This document shows positions 17,338 through 27,055 of a stretch of DNA of 61,680 nucleotides, piece by piece. The stretch covers positions 1 through 61,680 of IMG/VR virus record IMGVR_UViG_3300036830_000246; one strand, written 5' to 3'. Position numbers and translations under genes: made by a program. The DNA is from a virus (taxonomy: Duplodnaviria; Caudoviricetes). Below the pieces are notes generated by a model that saw nothing but the letters and a program-made list of their open reading frames with translations, ran no database searches and was not told where the DNA came from. Every line of letters begins with the position of its first letter. Positions within the stretch are counted from its first letter, which is position 1.

Positions 17338-17655
17338 GTGCGTGCTTTGAATGTCAACGAATGGGGCGTTCGCTATGTGTTTTCGTGCGGCTTCGACCTG
17401 CGCGATTACACGAACTTGCAAATCGAGTTCACGAAGCCAAGCGGGGCGCAGCTCGTGGTTTCGAGCCCGGACGTCACGCCGCCGCCTGTCGATCTCGAAA
17501 CCTCGATCGGCTTCTTCCCCGCCAACACTTACGCGCAGTATACTTTCCAGCCCGGCGATGTGGACGAAATCGGCGAATGGACCGCCCGCGTGGTCTATGA
17601 TGATGGTTCCCAGCATTTGATTTCCGACATTGGCAACTTCGAAATCTTCGAATAG
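17338..17655 (+). CDS. Ig-fold (BppU-like) structural protein (putative)
   Basis: IEFTKPSG...YTFQPGDVDEIGEW; AGGAG near the start, exact start uncertain. Confidence 0.6.
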   Translation: MRALNVNEWGVRYVFSCGFDLRDYTNLQIEFTKPSGAQLVVSSPDVTPPPVDLETSIGFFPANTYAQYTFQPGDVDEIGEWTARVVYDDGSQHLISDIGNFEIFE

Positions 17656-17664
17656 GAGCGCGCG

Positions 17665-18126
17665 GTGGGCCGCAAGCGAGGCGTTCAATATCGGGATGGC
17701 TCGTTCTACCGCGTAGACGACCGCTCGGGCTTCACCGTACGCGCGGAGCACACGAAGGAAGAGTGGCAGGATCTCATCGTCGCGCGTGGGCTTTGGGAGC
17801 CGCGCCAGCCGCAGGATCTCGTGAAAGGGATCATTGACGACCAGACGGTCCCGCAGCCTCGCAGCGAAGCCACGAACCGGTTCGTCGGCCCGATTTACAT
17901 CCAGATCACAGCCGACATCGCCGTCGGCGCGACTTTCGTGCCCCTGCAAACCCTCCGGGGCGTCGGTGCAGGCGACAATGTGGGAATCATGATGGACAAT
18001 GGCGTGGTGTTCACCACCCAGGTGAATGGTGATCCCGTGCCGGCGGGCGTTAACATCACGGGCGCGATCCCGTTTCCCGTGTCATCCGGCAATCTGTTCA
18101 CCGATTACGAGGGGCCGGGACCATGA
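17665..18126 (+). CDS. Conserved phage protein
   Basis: DDRSGF...EEWQDLIV...WEPRQPQD. Confidence 0.7.
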   Translation: MGRKRGVQYRDGSFYRVDDRSGFTVRAEHTKEEWQDLIVARGLWEPRQPQDLVKGIIDDQTVPQPRSEATNRFVGPIYIQITADIAVGATFVPLQTLRGVGAGDNVGIMMDNGVVFTTQVNGDPVPAGVNITGAIPFPVSSGNLFTDYEGPGP

Positions 18127-18479
18127 GCGTACAGGGCCGACACTGGCCGCGAGACCTTCCGTTCAGGAGTGTGCAGCGCCACGGCGGCCAACCGCTCGTG
18201 CGCGACGGCGAAACGCTGGAGGTGCGCGCGGGGGATTTCCGCTTCCGCGACCGTGACCACAATCCGACGGCTGAATTCAGCGCTGTCGCGTTCTTTGAGT
18301 TCTACTGTCCCGTGGCGGCCCGGTATTGCGCTCTCTTGCGCTGCAATAGCGGTCGCGAGCCCCGGTGGTCCGTGCCGGAAGGAACGGACCTCGACCATCC
18401 AACCCTCACGCCCTCGATCAACTGCGCGGGCGGCTGCGGCTGGCATGGGCGTGTGGAAAAGGGAGAATTCAAGCCATGA
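18123..18479 (+). CDS. DUF6527-like Cys/His protein
   Basis: FYCP...C...PTLTPSINCAGGCGWHG.V..G; ATGA overlaps at both ends. Confidence 0.65.
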   Translation: MSVQGRHWPRDLPFRSVQRHGGQPLVRDGETLEVRAGDFRFRDRDHNPTAEFSAVAFFEFYCPVAARYCALLRCNSGREPRWSVPEGTDLDHPTLTPSINCAGGCGWHGRVEKGEFKP

Positions 18480-19459
18480 GCGGTCCGGGCAACTTCATCA
18501 CGTCGGGCGACACGATCTACAACCAGACGGCGACGGAGATCATCACGGCCGCGTATCAGATTTGCAGCGTCATCAACGACGAAGAGGTGCCGAACGCCGC
18601 GCAGTTCCGCACCGGCATGGGCGCGCTCAATGCGCTCGTGAAGCTGTGGCTCACGATCGGCATCCATGTGTGGACGGAGGAAGAAGCGCTTCTGTTCCTC
18701 CAGCAGGGCCAGATCCGCTACCTGCTCGGCGGCACGACGCTGGACCATTGCACGGACGCCGCGGGTGCTTTCGTGGGCGAAACCTCCGTCAGCGCGATCG
18801 CGGGCGCGACCTCAATTCAGCTCGTCACGCCCGCCGTTGTGCTGACGGGCCAGAAGTTCGGCGTCGTGCTCGACACCGGGACGGCTTTCTGGACGACCGC
18901 GACGGCGGATATTGCGACGAACGGGACCGTCACATTCGCCGATCCCCTCCCCGCGAGTGCCTCGATGGGCAACAATGCTTTCGCCTATACGACGGACATC
19001 GTGCGGCCTTTGCGCATCCCGGCCGTGCGGCGCCTGCAATACAACGGGCTCCTCGAAACTCCGTTGACGAAGATGATGTCCCGGCAGGAATACATGGACC
19101 TGCCGAACAAATATAATCCCGGTCTCGTCAACCAGGCCTTTTACAATCCCGCGCGCACGCAGGGCGAGCTCTACGTCTGGCAACAGCCCCAGGACGCAAC
19201 CTTCGGCCTGCGCTTCACATGGTATCGGCCGATCGAGAATTTTGATTCGCCTGCCGACCTCCCGGACTTCCCCCAGGAGTGGACGAACGTACTCCAGTGG
19301 AACCTCGCGAAAGAGCTCGGGCCGCGTTTCTCCCTGCCGGCGGACCGTTGGGACCGCATCGTCATGCAGGCGGACCAAAAGAAGGAAATGGCGGAAGGCT
19401 GGGACCGCGAATTCCAAAGCGTGCTATTTGGCCTTTCACACGATCAGACCCTGAGGTGA
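18476..19459 (+). CDS. Head-tail adaptor (P22 gp4 / tail tubular A-like)
   Basis: EIITAAY, ALNALVKLW, SRQEYMDLPNK, DFPQEW..VLQWNLAKEL. Confidence 0.75.
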   Translation: MSGPGNFITSGDTIYNQTATEIITAAYQICSVINDEEVPNAAQFRTGMGALNALVKLWLTIGIHVWTEEEALLFLQQGQIRYLLGGTTLDHCTDAAGAFVGETSVSAIAGATSIQLVTPAVVLTGQKFGVVLDTGTAFWTTATADIATNGTVTFADPLPASASMGNNAFAYTTDIVRPLRIPAVRRLQYNGLLETPLTKMMSRQEYMDLPNKYNPGLVNQAFYNPARTQGELYVWQQPQDATFGLRFTWYRPIENFDSPADLPDFPQEWTNVLQWNLAKELGPRFSLPADRWDRIVMQADQKKEMAEGWDREFQSVLFGLSHDQTLR

Positions 19460-19463
19460 GGCG

Positions 19464-20873
19464 ATGGAAGTCACATTCGCCTATCAGTCGTACCAAAGCC
19501 TTTCCCTCCCGCTCGACAACCAGCGGGTCGTCAACGCCTTCCTGGAAGCGCAAGTGCCGGGAGCGAAGTCGCAAACGCCTGTGTTTGGTGCGCCCGGACT
19601 CACGCGCTGGACGACGCTCCCGAAGGGGCCCGTCCGTGGCATGTGGAATTTCCGTGGCGTCCTCTACGCCGTGGGAGGGGATTCCCTCTACCGTCTCAAC
19701 AGCGCGGGCGGGGCGAAGCTGCTCGGTTCCGGCATCTCGGGCACGCAAGTGGTCTCGATGTCGGACAATGGCCAGCAGCTCATGGTCGTGAACGGCGTCG
19801 GGGGCTATCTCGTCGATGTGGACGGGAATTTCCAGCAGATCCAGAACCCGAATTTCTACAGCGCATCGACGGTGCTGTTTTTCGACAATTACTTCGTGTT
19901 CGACCGCAAGGGCACGAACGAATTCTTCCTGTCCGGCCTCCTCGACGGGACGTCTTACAGCGGACTGGATTTCGCATCCGCCGAGGCCCAGCCGGGCTTC
20001 CTCACGACGGTGGCGCAGAATCTCCAGCTGCTCTTCCTGTTCTGCCAGAATCACATCGAAATGTGGTACGACGCCGGCGCGGAGGATTTCCCTTTCGCGC
20101 GCTACGCCGGCGGCGTGATCGAGCGCGGTTGCATCTCTCCCCACACGGTCATTCAGCAGGACGACGCGCTGTTCTTTCTCGGCATCGACCGGGTGTTTTA
20201 CCGCCTCCAGGGCAATGTCCCGATCCGCATCTCGACCCACGCGATCGAAAACGCCTTCCAGCAATACGGCGACATCTCGGACGCCTTCTGCTTCACCTAT
20301 ACGATTGCGGGTCACAAGATGATCGCGCTCACTTTTCCGAGCGTGCCGCACACTTGGGAATTCGACATCTCGACGAAGCTTTGGCACGAGCGGGAATCGT
20401 GGGACGAGGACAACAAGACTCTCGGGCGCTGGCGCGCGAATTGCGCCTGCGAAATCTACAACAAGATCCTGATCGGCGACGCCGTGGACGGGACGATCGG
20501 CTATCTCGATTGGGAGAATCCGACGGAATACGGCAACATCCTGCAATGCCTGCTTTATTCCAACCAGCTGCACAGCGACAAGCTGCCGATCTTCTTCGAC
20601 CGGCTGGAGCTCGACATGGAAACGGGCGTCGGGCTCACGACCGGCCGGGGTTCCGCCCCCATCGTGATGCTGCGTTACAGCAAGGACGGCGGCCGCACGT
20701 GGTCGCGCCAGCAGCCCGCCCGCTCGCTCGGCAAGATCGGGGAATTCCTCAAGCGCCTGCGGTGGATTCAAATGGGCCGGGGCTATCAGTGGATGTTCGA
20801 GATTACGATCACGGACCCCGTGAAGCGCGTACTCATTGGAACGCACGCGGATTTCGCCGTCGGCATGAGGTGA
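19464..20873 (+). CDS. Tail hub / packaged DNA stabilisation protein (P22 gp10-like)
   Basis: DFASAEAQP, RISTHAIE, WHER, MLRYSKDGGRTWS, LGKIGEF. Confidence 0.88.
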   Translation: MEVTFAYQSYQSLSLPLDNQRVVNAFLEAQVPGAKSQTPVFGAPGLTRWTTLPKGPVRGMWNFRGVLYAVGGDSLYRLNSAGGAKLLGSGISGTQVVSMSDNGQQLMVVNGVGGYLVDVDGNFQQIQNPNFYSASTVLFFDNYFVFDRKGTNEFFLSGLLDGTSYSGLDFASAEAQPGFLTTVAQNLQLLFLFCQNHIEMWYDAGAEDFPFARYAGGVIERGCISPHTVIQQDDALFFLGIDRVFYRLQGNVPIRISTHAIENAFQQYGDISDAFCFTYTIAGHKMIALTFPSVPHTWEFDISTKLWHERESWDEDNKTLGRWRANCACEIYNKILIGDAVDGTIGYLDWENPTEYGNILQCLLYSNQLHSDKLPIFFDRLELDMETGVGLTTGRGSAPIVMLRYSKDGGRTWSRQQPARSLGKIGEFLKRLRWIQMGRGYQWMFEITITDPVKRVLIGTHADFAVGMR

Positions 20874-20877
20874 GCCA

Positions 20878-22353
20878 ATGGCAACGCCGGTTGTTCCCGC
20901 TGCCTCGTTCCCCATCCCACCCCCGCTCGCGAAGTTGCAATTCACCAACCCGCGCGACGGCATTCTCACGATCCAGGCGATCTCGTTCCTGACGCAATTG
21001 TGGGCGGGCATTCAGGGCGGCGGCGGCATTTATCCGTCGCTCCAGGAGCTGGAAAAGGAAGTCGCGATCCTCTTCGGAATGCACGGCGACGGCACATTGT
21101 CGAGCACTGGCGTTCTGACCGTCACGGGCACGCAGGGCGTTCCTTTTGGGTATTTTGCCACGGGAACCGATGCTTCGAACCTGACCGGCGTAGCGCATCC
21201 ATCAGTTATCCCCATCGCGACGACGCTGAGTCTCGGTGGCGTCATCCCCGATGGCACGACCATTACGGTATTGCCCGATGGCACCATCAGTTCGACCGGC
21301 GGCTCCGGCGGCTTGCCGCCAGGCGGTGCCACGGGAACGCTGCTCTACAAAGTATCCGGTGCTGACGATGATGCAGCATGGAGCACGGGTTTCTATTGGG
21401 ACGCAGTAAATGGCCGACTCGGTCTCGGCACGTCTGCGCCCGGCGTCCAGGTCGAACTCAATGCCACGGGACAAACCCCACCGACGCCCACCTCGACGGT
21501 TGGCCTTCGCTTTGTGTCGAGTGCGGCCAGTTTCAGCGGCCCGATTATCGAAAATATCGGCACCAACGGCTCTATGTTGAGCCGCCGCACCAACGGCACG
21601 TTTGCCGCCCCGACAGCGCTTCTCAATGCCGACATCGTCTTCCGCTTTCTCGCGCGCGGGTATGATGGCGCGAGCTACCCTGGCAATTCCGGCACGTTCG
21701 GATTCCGAGCTTCGGAAAACTGGACCAATACCGCGCACGGAATGCAGTTCGAAATTCAGGCCACGCCGGTTGGTTCGACATCCATCCAAAATGTCGTGAC
21801 CGTCATGGGCAATAGTCATATGGCTCTCGGCCCCAGCGTTCCCGCCGCCTCAGCTGCTTTCGACCTCCAGGCGACAGACGGTGCATTCCTCCCCAATCGT
21901 CTGACGACGACGCAAAAGCTCGCCCTTACGCCAACGGCCGGCATGATCGTGCAGGACACGACGCTCGGGGCTCTCCAGACCTATGAGAACGGCGCATGGG
22001 GCGGTGTTAGCCGCGACTGGCAACCGCAGGGTTCGCTGGCGGGCACGACGACGGCCGACCAGCAGATATTTGCCCTTCCCATGCGAGCAGGAAACGTCGT
22101 TCCCACCAATATGACGGGCTCGATTTTCAAATGCGCGGTTGCGCCGACGGCCAACACGACGTTCGTGTTCCAATTGAATGGTGCCAACCAAGGCACCGTG
22201 GAATTTCTCGCCGGCCATACGACCTCGCAGGCACCCGTTTTCACCACCTTCACCTCCGCTGGCGGCGACATCTTTTCGATGCTCGCACCCCACGTTCCAG
22301 ATGTGACGTTCGCCGGGCTATCTTTTCTGATTATCGGCACGAGGACGCAGTAA
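20878..22353 (+). CDS. Tail fibre / needle protein
   Basis: Gly/Thr-rich; GLPPGGATG, WDAVNGRLGLGTSAP, FLPNRLTTTQK. Confidence 0.75.
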   Translation: MATPVVPAASFPIPPPLAKLQFTNPRDGILTIQAISFLTQLWAGIQGGGGIYPSLQELEKEVAILFGMHGDGTLSSTGVLTVTGTQGVPFGYFATGTDASNLTGVAHPSVIPIATTLSLGGVIPDGTTITVLPDGTISSTGGSGGLPPGGATGTLLYKVSGADDDAAWSTGFYWDAVNGRLGLGTSAPGVQVELNATGQTPPTPTSTVGLRFVSSAASFSGPIIENIGTNGSMLSRRTNGTFAAPTALLNADIVFRFLARGYDGASYPGNSGTFGFRASENWTNTAHGMQFEIQATPVGSTSIQNVVTVMGNSHMALGPSVPAASAAFDLQATDGAFLPNRLTTTQKLALTPTAGMIVQDTTLGALQTYENGAWGGVSRDWQPQGSLAGTTTADQQIFALPMRAGNVVPTNMTGSIFKCAVAPTANTTFVFQLNGANQGTVEFLAGHTTSQAPVFTTFTSAGGDIFSMLAPHVPDVTFAGLSFLIIGTRTQ

Positions 22354-23885
22354 TGAGCCATATCGTTCGAGACAGCTTCGCGCCCTACCTCACATTAGCT
22401 GATGCCAATGGTCTGTGGACTTCTGCCAACGCCGCAAACATCGCGATGAGCAGCACGACCCGCTTTGGCGTCGGCCAGAGCATGGTGGTAACGGCTGCTA
22501 CGGGATCGGGCGTCGCGCTGACCATCATTGCTCCGCGTAATCAGGCAACGCAATTCGTCGGATTTGCTTTCCTCGACAGCGGTTCTATCGCTGGCACGGC
22601 TTTTCTTTATGAGTTCGTGTGGAGCGATGGATCGACAGTGCAGGTCACGGCCGCTTTGCGGTCCGATGGCGCGATCTTGTTTTATCGCGGCACCACGAGC
22701 GGCACCCTTCTAGCGACCTACTCTGGCGCGTTCACGAGCGCGATATGGGCAGCGTTCACCATCGAGGTCATAATCGACCCCACGGTGGGAGAAATTCACG
22801 TCCGCAAGGATGGCAACTCGTCGGATGATTTCAGTGCCACGGGGCTCAACACGCGTGCTTCTGCGAACTCGTACGCGAATGCGATGCAAATCACGTGGGT
22901 GGGCAACACGTCCAGCCGGAACTCGGTTTTCCTGCAAGATGTGTGGTTTTGGGATGGCGATGGAAGTGGAACGCCAAACACTTGGCAGGGGGATTTCCGC
23001 GCCACCCAGCAGATTCCGATCACGGACACGGCGCAAATCCAGTTTACGCCGAATGCAGCATCGTTGGCGCTCGGCACCGCGACGACGGGCACGACGGGCA
23101 CGATCACGGCCAACGTCATCACTTACAATCAAATGCCGCCCGTTCCCGTTGGCGGCGTGATCGCGACCGCGCTTTCGCTCCAGCTCAACGCGAACCTGAC
23201 GGGGCACATGATCCTCGGCATCTACGACAGCGATGGTGCGAGCGGCGCGCCCGGCACGCTGATCGCGCAATCGTCGCCCCTCACGAATCCCACGACGGGG
23301 GCGAATGTCTTCACGCTCATGACGTCGCCTACCCTGCTCAACGGCCATACCTATTATTGGGCGATTCTCGACGATGCGAATGCCACGCTGCGCTACAGCA
23401 CGACCCTGGCGAATACCTTCTCGCAATACACGGAAGCGCAATCGTATGGCTCGGGCTTTCCCGCGACCGCAACGAGTCTCACGGGGCCGTCGACGGGACG
23501 CACGGCCTCGATCGCTGGCACGATGGCGAGCATCACGAATTCCGGTTGCGTGCAGGAATTGATCGAGGACGGCACGAACACCTATGTCGCGGACGCGAAT
23601 GTTGGCGACTATGACCTCTACGAAATCATGCCCATGGCTGCGTCCCCCTCTAGCATCCTTGGAGTTTCGTTCCGCTTGCTGGGCAACAAGACAGATGCGG
23701 GTGCGCGGTCGGGAGCGATCGCGGGCCTTTCCGGCGCCACGGCATTCGCCAGCGCGGCCATTAACCTTTCCTCGACTCTGAATAGTCAGGTGAACCTCGT
23801 TCAAGATACGGACCCCGACACGGGTGTCGCGTGGACCCCGACCGGCGTAAACAACGTGCAATTCGGCCCCAAGGTGGCCGCATAG
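22353..23885 (+). CDS. Tail fibre / receptor-binding protein (putative)
   Basis: TAATG overlap; beta-rich; C-terminal TDPDTGVAWT..GVN. Confidence 0.72.
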   Translation: MSHIVRDSFAPYLTLADANGLWTSANAANIAMSSTTRFGVGQSMVVTAATGSGVALTIIAPRNQATQFVGFAFLDSGSIAGTAFLYEFVWSDGSTVQVTAALRSDGAILFYRGTTSGTLLATYSGAFTSAIWAAFTIEVIIDPTVGEIHVRKDGNSSDDFSATGLNTRASANSYANAMQITWVGNTSSRNSVFLQDVWFWDGDGSGTPNTWQGDFRATQQIPITDTAQIQFTPNAASLALGTATTGTTGTITANVITYNQMPPVPVGGVIATALSLQLNANLTGHMILGIYDSDGASGAPGTLIAQSSPLTNPTTGANVFTLMTSPTLLNGHTYYWAILDDANATLRYSTTLANTFSQYTEAQSYGSGFPATATSLTGPSTGRTASIAGTMASITNSGCVQELIEDGTNTYVADANVGDYDLYEIMPMAASPSSILGVSFRLLGNKTDAGARSGAIAGLSGATAFASAAINLSSTLNSQVNLVQDTDPDTGVAWTPTGVNNVQFGPKVAA

Positions 23886-23894
23886 GAGACCGCC

Positions 23895-24461
23895 ATGAGC
23901 ATCCAAACGTGGGAAGAACTCGTCAATTACGTCATCGGCGACGCGACCCAGATTTCGAACAGCACCGCCGAGACTCTCTTGGTGCCGAGCTATGCCATCC
24001 CGGCGGGGTTCTGGTATCCGGGCCGGATCATGCGCACCCGCCTGCAAGGCGTGATCTCGAACGTCGTCACGACCCCCGGCACCCTGACGCTACGCGCCTA
24101 CCTGAATGGCATCGCGGGCTCGAAGCTCTCCGGCACGGACAATGCGCTTGCGCTCTCCGTTACCGCGCACACGAACGCGACCTTCGATGTCGAATGGCTC
24201 ACGACCTGCCGGGCGAATGGGCCGCTTGCGACCTCGGGCTCGCTCATCACGGTGGGAAAGGCCAATCTCGGGCTCGCCCGCGTTACGTCGTCGCCCGCCT
24301 TCCCTGGCGAAAGCGATTTCCTGCCGTCGACAGGGCTCGCAGCCGTCACGGGCTTGAACCTGCTCGCGGCTTCCTCGCTGGATTTCAGCGCGCAATTTTC
24401 CGTCGCGACGAGCCCGACGAACCTCACCATCAACCAAATGACGATGGAATCTCTCAGCTAG
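23895..24461 (+). CDS. Tail-associated protein (putative)
   Basis: AGGAG RBS; in the tail module. Confidence 0.7.
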   Translation: MSIQTWEELVNYVIGDATQISNSTAETLLVPSYAIPAGFWYPGRIMRTRLQGVISNVVTTPGTLTLRAYLNGIAGSKLSGTDNALALSVTAHTNATFDVEWLTTCRANGPLATSGSLITVGKANLGLARVTSSPAFPGESDFLPSTGLAAVTGLNLLAASSLDFSAQFSVATSPTNLTINQMTMESLS

Positions 24462-24472
24462 GGGATTGATCC

Positions 24473-24769
24473 ATGGCTCGATATGGGCCGCCGAGGAAAC
24501 GTGGCCCGCGGCGGCCACCGTGGCGGGATCGCTCGGCACGGAATTTCGCGCTTTTCCCCGGCACGAAGTTTCAAACCACGCTGGCTTTCACGGAAGCGTG
24601 GGTAATCGACCCATCGGATTTCCTCGTCACGCAGGCGCTCGTGGAAGTGTGGCAATCCACCACGACGGGCAGCACGCAATATTCCGTCACGCAAGCTTTC
24701 GTCGAAGCATGGTTGCCCGTTCCGCCCAAAGCGTCCGGCGCGCAGCCGTTCCTCTTCGTCCAGACGTAA
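24473..24769 (+). CDS. Tail-associated hypothetical protein
   Basis: Internal VTQA.VE.W repeat. Confidence 0.6.
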   Translation: MARYGPPRKRGPRRPPWRDRSARNFALFPGTKFQTTLAFTEAWVIDPSDFLVTQALVEVWQSTTTGSTQYSVTQAFVEAWLPVPPKASGAQPFLFVQT

Positions 24770-24936
24770 CCGAGAATTTACAGTCCGCGCGGTGGCGTGT
24801 TACAGGATCAGCGGGGCCCCCGACCGCCCCGTGCCGGCCAAGGGGACCATCCCTGGAAGCCACTAGGGCGTCGCGGGGGCCTAGCGCAGCCAGACGAGCT
24901 AGAGCAACCCGACCCCACAAGGCGCTCGTTCTGCAC

Positions 24937-25497
24937 ATGCGGAATTTCCATCAGATTGCGGGCGGCGTTGACGTCATGCCCCTCACGCACGCGCTGCGGC
25001 GCAACGAGCAGCTGTGGAACGCTCATGCGTTCCGCACGACCTTCACGAACACCCCGCATTCCGAAGTCGACGACATCTGGCTCCGCTATGCGGAAGTGCG
25101 CGAAGGCGACACGAACGACGAGATTGCGAACACGGAAAGCTGCGTTTGGCACAGCGCGATCCATGCGCTTCCGCAAGCCAAGCCCATCATTCTCAGCCTC
25201 ATGCACAGGCTGGAGGCCTACGAGCTTTGCCGCGCGCTCATCACGCGGCTCGCGCCCGGCGGCCACATTTATCCCCATGCGGACGTTGGCGGCGCCTACG
25301 TCCACATGAAGGACATCGGCCGCTATCACGTTGTCCTCCAGGGTTTGCCGGGCTGCAATTTCCGCTGTGGGGAAGAGATCGTGCAGATGCAGACGGGCGA
25401 AATTTGGTGGTTCAACGCCCACCTGGAGCATGAGGTCGTGAACAATTCCGAAGACGACCGTATCCATCTCCTCGTCGACGTCAGGACGATGCCATGA
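24937..25497 (+). CDS. Asp/Asn beta-hydroxylase family 2OG-Fe(II) oxygenase
   Basis: ITRLAPGGHIYPHAD (HxD), RYHVVL, GEIWWFN...HEVVNNS..DRIHL. Confidence 0.88.
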   Translation: MRNFHQIAGGVDVMPLTHALRRNEQLWNAHAFRTTFTNTPHSEVDDIWLRYAEVREGDTNDEIANTESCVWHSAIHALPQAKPIILSLMHRLEAYELCRALITRLAPGGHIYPHADVGGAYVHMKDIGRYHVVLQGLPGCNFRCGEEIVQMQTGEIWWFNAHLEHEVVNNSEDDRIHLLVDVRTMP

Positions 25498-25952
25498 TCA
25501 CGGCAGGGATCGAGAAATTTTCCGACGTCATTGAGGCGATCCGCCCGCTCTTCCCGGCCCATTGGGAGGAAGTCGGGATCTTCAAGGACAGAATGCCCTT
25601 GGCGCCGCGTTATGAAGTCTATCGGGCAGAAGAAGCGGCCGGCGGTCTCGTGATGCCGATCTTGCGCGTCGACGGCAAGGTCGCGGGCTATTGGCCGCAT
25701 TTCGTCGGGTTGGGTCTCCACTACGGCCAGACCCTGACCGCAACGATGGATATCCTCTATGTCGATCCCGCGCATCGCGGGAACGGCGGGGCGATGATGC
25801 TGGGAAAGTGTACCGCTGCGGAGCTCAAGCGGCGCGGCGTCCAGGCATGGTTCGCTGGATCGAAGAACCACAAACAGATCGAAGGCTTCCTGATGATGCT
25901 CGGTTTCGAGCCGGTCGAGACGCGCTTCGCGCGATGGATAGGAGACTCCTAA
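25494..25952 (+). CDS. GNAT-family acetyltransferase
   Basis: DILYVDPAHRGNG acetyl-CoA motif, LGF; coupled to the hydroxylase. Confidence 0.85.
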   Translation: MITAGIEKFSDVIEAIRPLFPAHWEEVGIFKDRMPLAPRYEVYRAEEAAGGLVMPILRVDGKVAGYWPHFVGLGLHYGQTLTATMDILYVDPAHRGNGGAMMLGKCTAAELKRRGVQAWFAGSKNHKQIEGFLMMLGFEPVETRFARWIGDS

Positions 25953-26830
25953 TGGTAGCGATGATTGCCGCCGGCGTGGGTGCTGCCGCTTCCATCGGGG
26001 GCTCGATGATTAGTTCGGGCGCGTCCAAGAGCGCCGCGAACGATGCCACGGCCGCGCAGATGAACATGTACAACCAGACGCGCTCGGACCTCCAGCCGTT
26101 CATGCAAGGCGGCCAGAACGCCTTCTCGGCCCTTGGCAACCTGATGGGAATGGGCGGCCCGCAGGCCTCGCAGAACATGCTTGCGGGCTTGCAGAACTAT
26201 CCGGGTTATCAGTTCGCCCTCCAGCAGGGCCAACAGGGCCTTGATCGAAGCGCTGCATCGCGCGGGCTTTTGCTCTCCGGCGGCCAGCTCAAGGATTCGA
26301 TGAACTACAACCAAGGCATGGCGGATCAGCTGTTCGGCACCTATTTCAACCAGCTGAATTCGCTCGCGAGCACGGGCGAGAACGCCGCCGCGCAGACGGG
26401 CAATGCCGGCACGTCGGCCGCGAACGGCATGGCGGCTTCGATGCAGAACGCGGGCAATGCCCAGGCGGGCGGCATCATGGGGGCGACGAACGCAATCGCG
26501 GGCCAGAACGGCCTCATTTCGAGCGCCCTTTCCGCCTATCAGATGAACAACAGTGCGGATCCCCTTGCCCCCGTGACGGTAACGCCGGACGTGTACGGGC
26601 AATATTCGGACCGTCGCCTCAAGAAGAACGTGCGGCGCGTCGGCAAACTCGATTCCGGGTTGCCCGTCTACAGCTTCGAATATCGCGGCTCGCGCATTCC
26701 GCAGATCGGCGTGATGGCGGACGAGGTCGAGCGTGTCGCACCACATCTCGTCACCCGCGACAGCAAGGGTTATCGGAAGGTCAATTACGCGGGCGTCTCC
26801 CGGCTCCCGCCTTTCAAGGAGGCCGCGTAA
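25952..26830 (+). CDS. DNA ejection (pilot) protein, P22 gp7-like, with C-terminal peptidase S74-type chaperone domain
   Basis: Gly/Ala N-terminus, PGYQFALQQG...SAASRGLLLSG; SDRRLKKNV...GVMADEV...VNY. Confidence 0.8.
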   Translation: MVAMIAAGVGAAASIGGSMISSGASKSAANDATAAQMNMYNQTRSDLQPFMQGGQNAFSALGNLMGMGGPQASQNMLAGLQNYPGYQFALQQGQQGLDRSAASRGLLLSGGQLKDSMNYNQGMADQLFGTYFNQLNSLASTGENAAAQTGNAGTSAANGMAASMQNAGNAQAGGIMGATNAIAGQNGLISSALSAYQMNNSADPLAPVTVTPDVYGQYSDRRLKKNVRRVGKLDSGLPVYSFEYRGSRIPQIGVMADEVERVAPHLVTRDSKGYRKVNYAGVSRLPPFKEAA

Positions 26831-27052
26831 ATGTCAGGCAAGAGAATGAAAAAGGCGCCGTTGTCGAAGCCGCGTCTTCACGCACGCAAGATGTCCGTGA
26901 TCGGCAAATCCGCCTATCCGGCCCAGCCCGGTGGTGCGGCGTTCTCGCCCGGCGCGGATGCGGGCACGCCCGCGTTCCCCCCTGCTCCTCCCATGGTGGG
27001 GGACGACACGGGCGCGGCCGGTCCCCCCCCGCCTCCGATGCCAGGGGGGTAA
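26831..27052 (+). CDS. Small Pro-rich hypothetical protein
   Basis: Fills the gap exactly between two ejection genes. Confidence 0.5.
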   Translation: MSGKRMKKAPLSKPRLHARKMSVIGKSAYPAQPGGAAFSPGADAGTPAFPPAPPMVGDDTGAAGPPPPPMPGG

Positions 27053-27055
27053 GCA

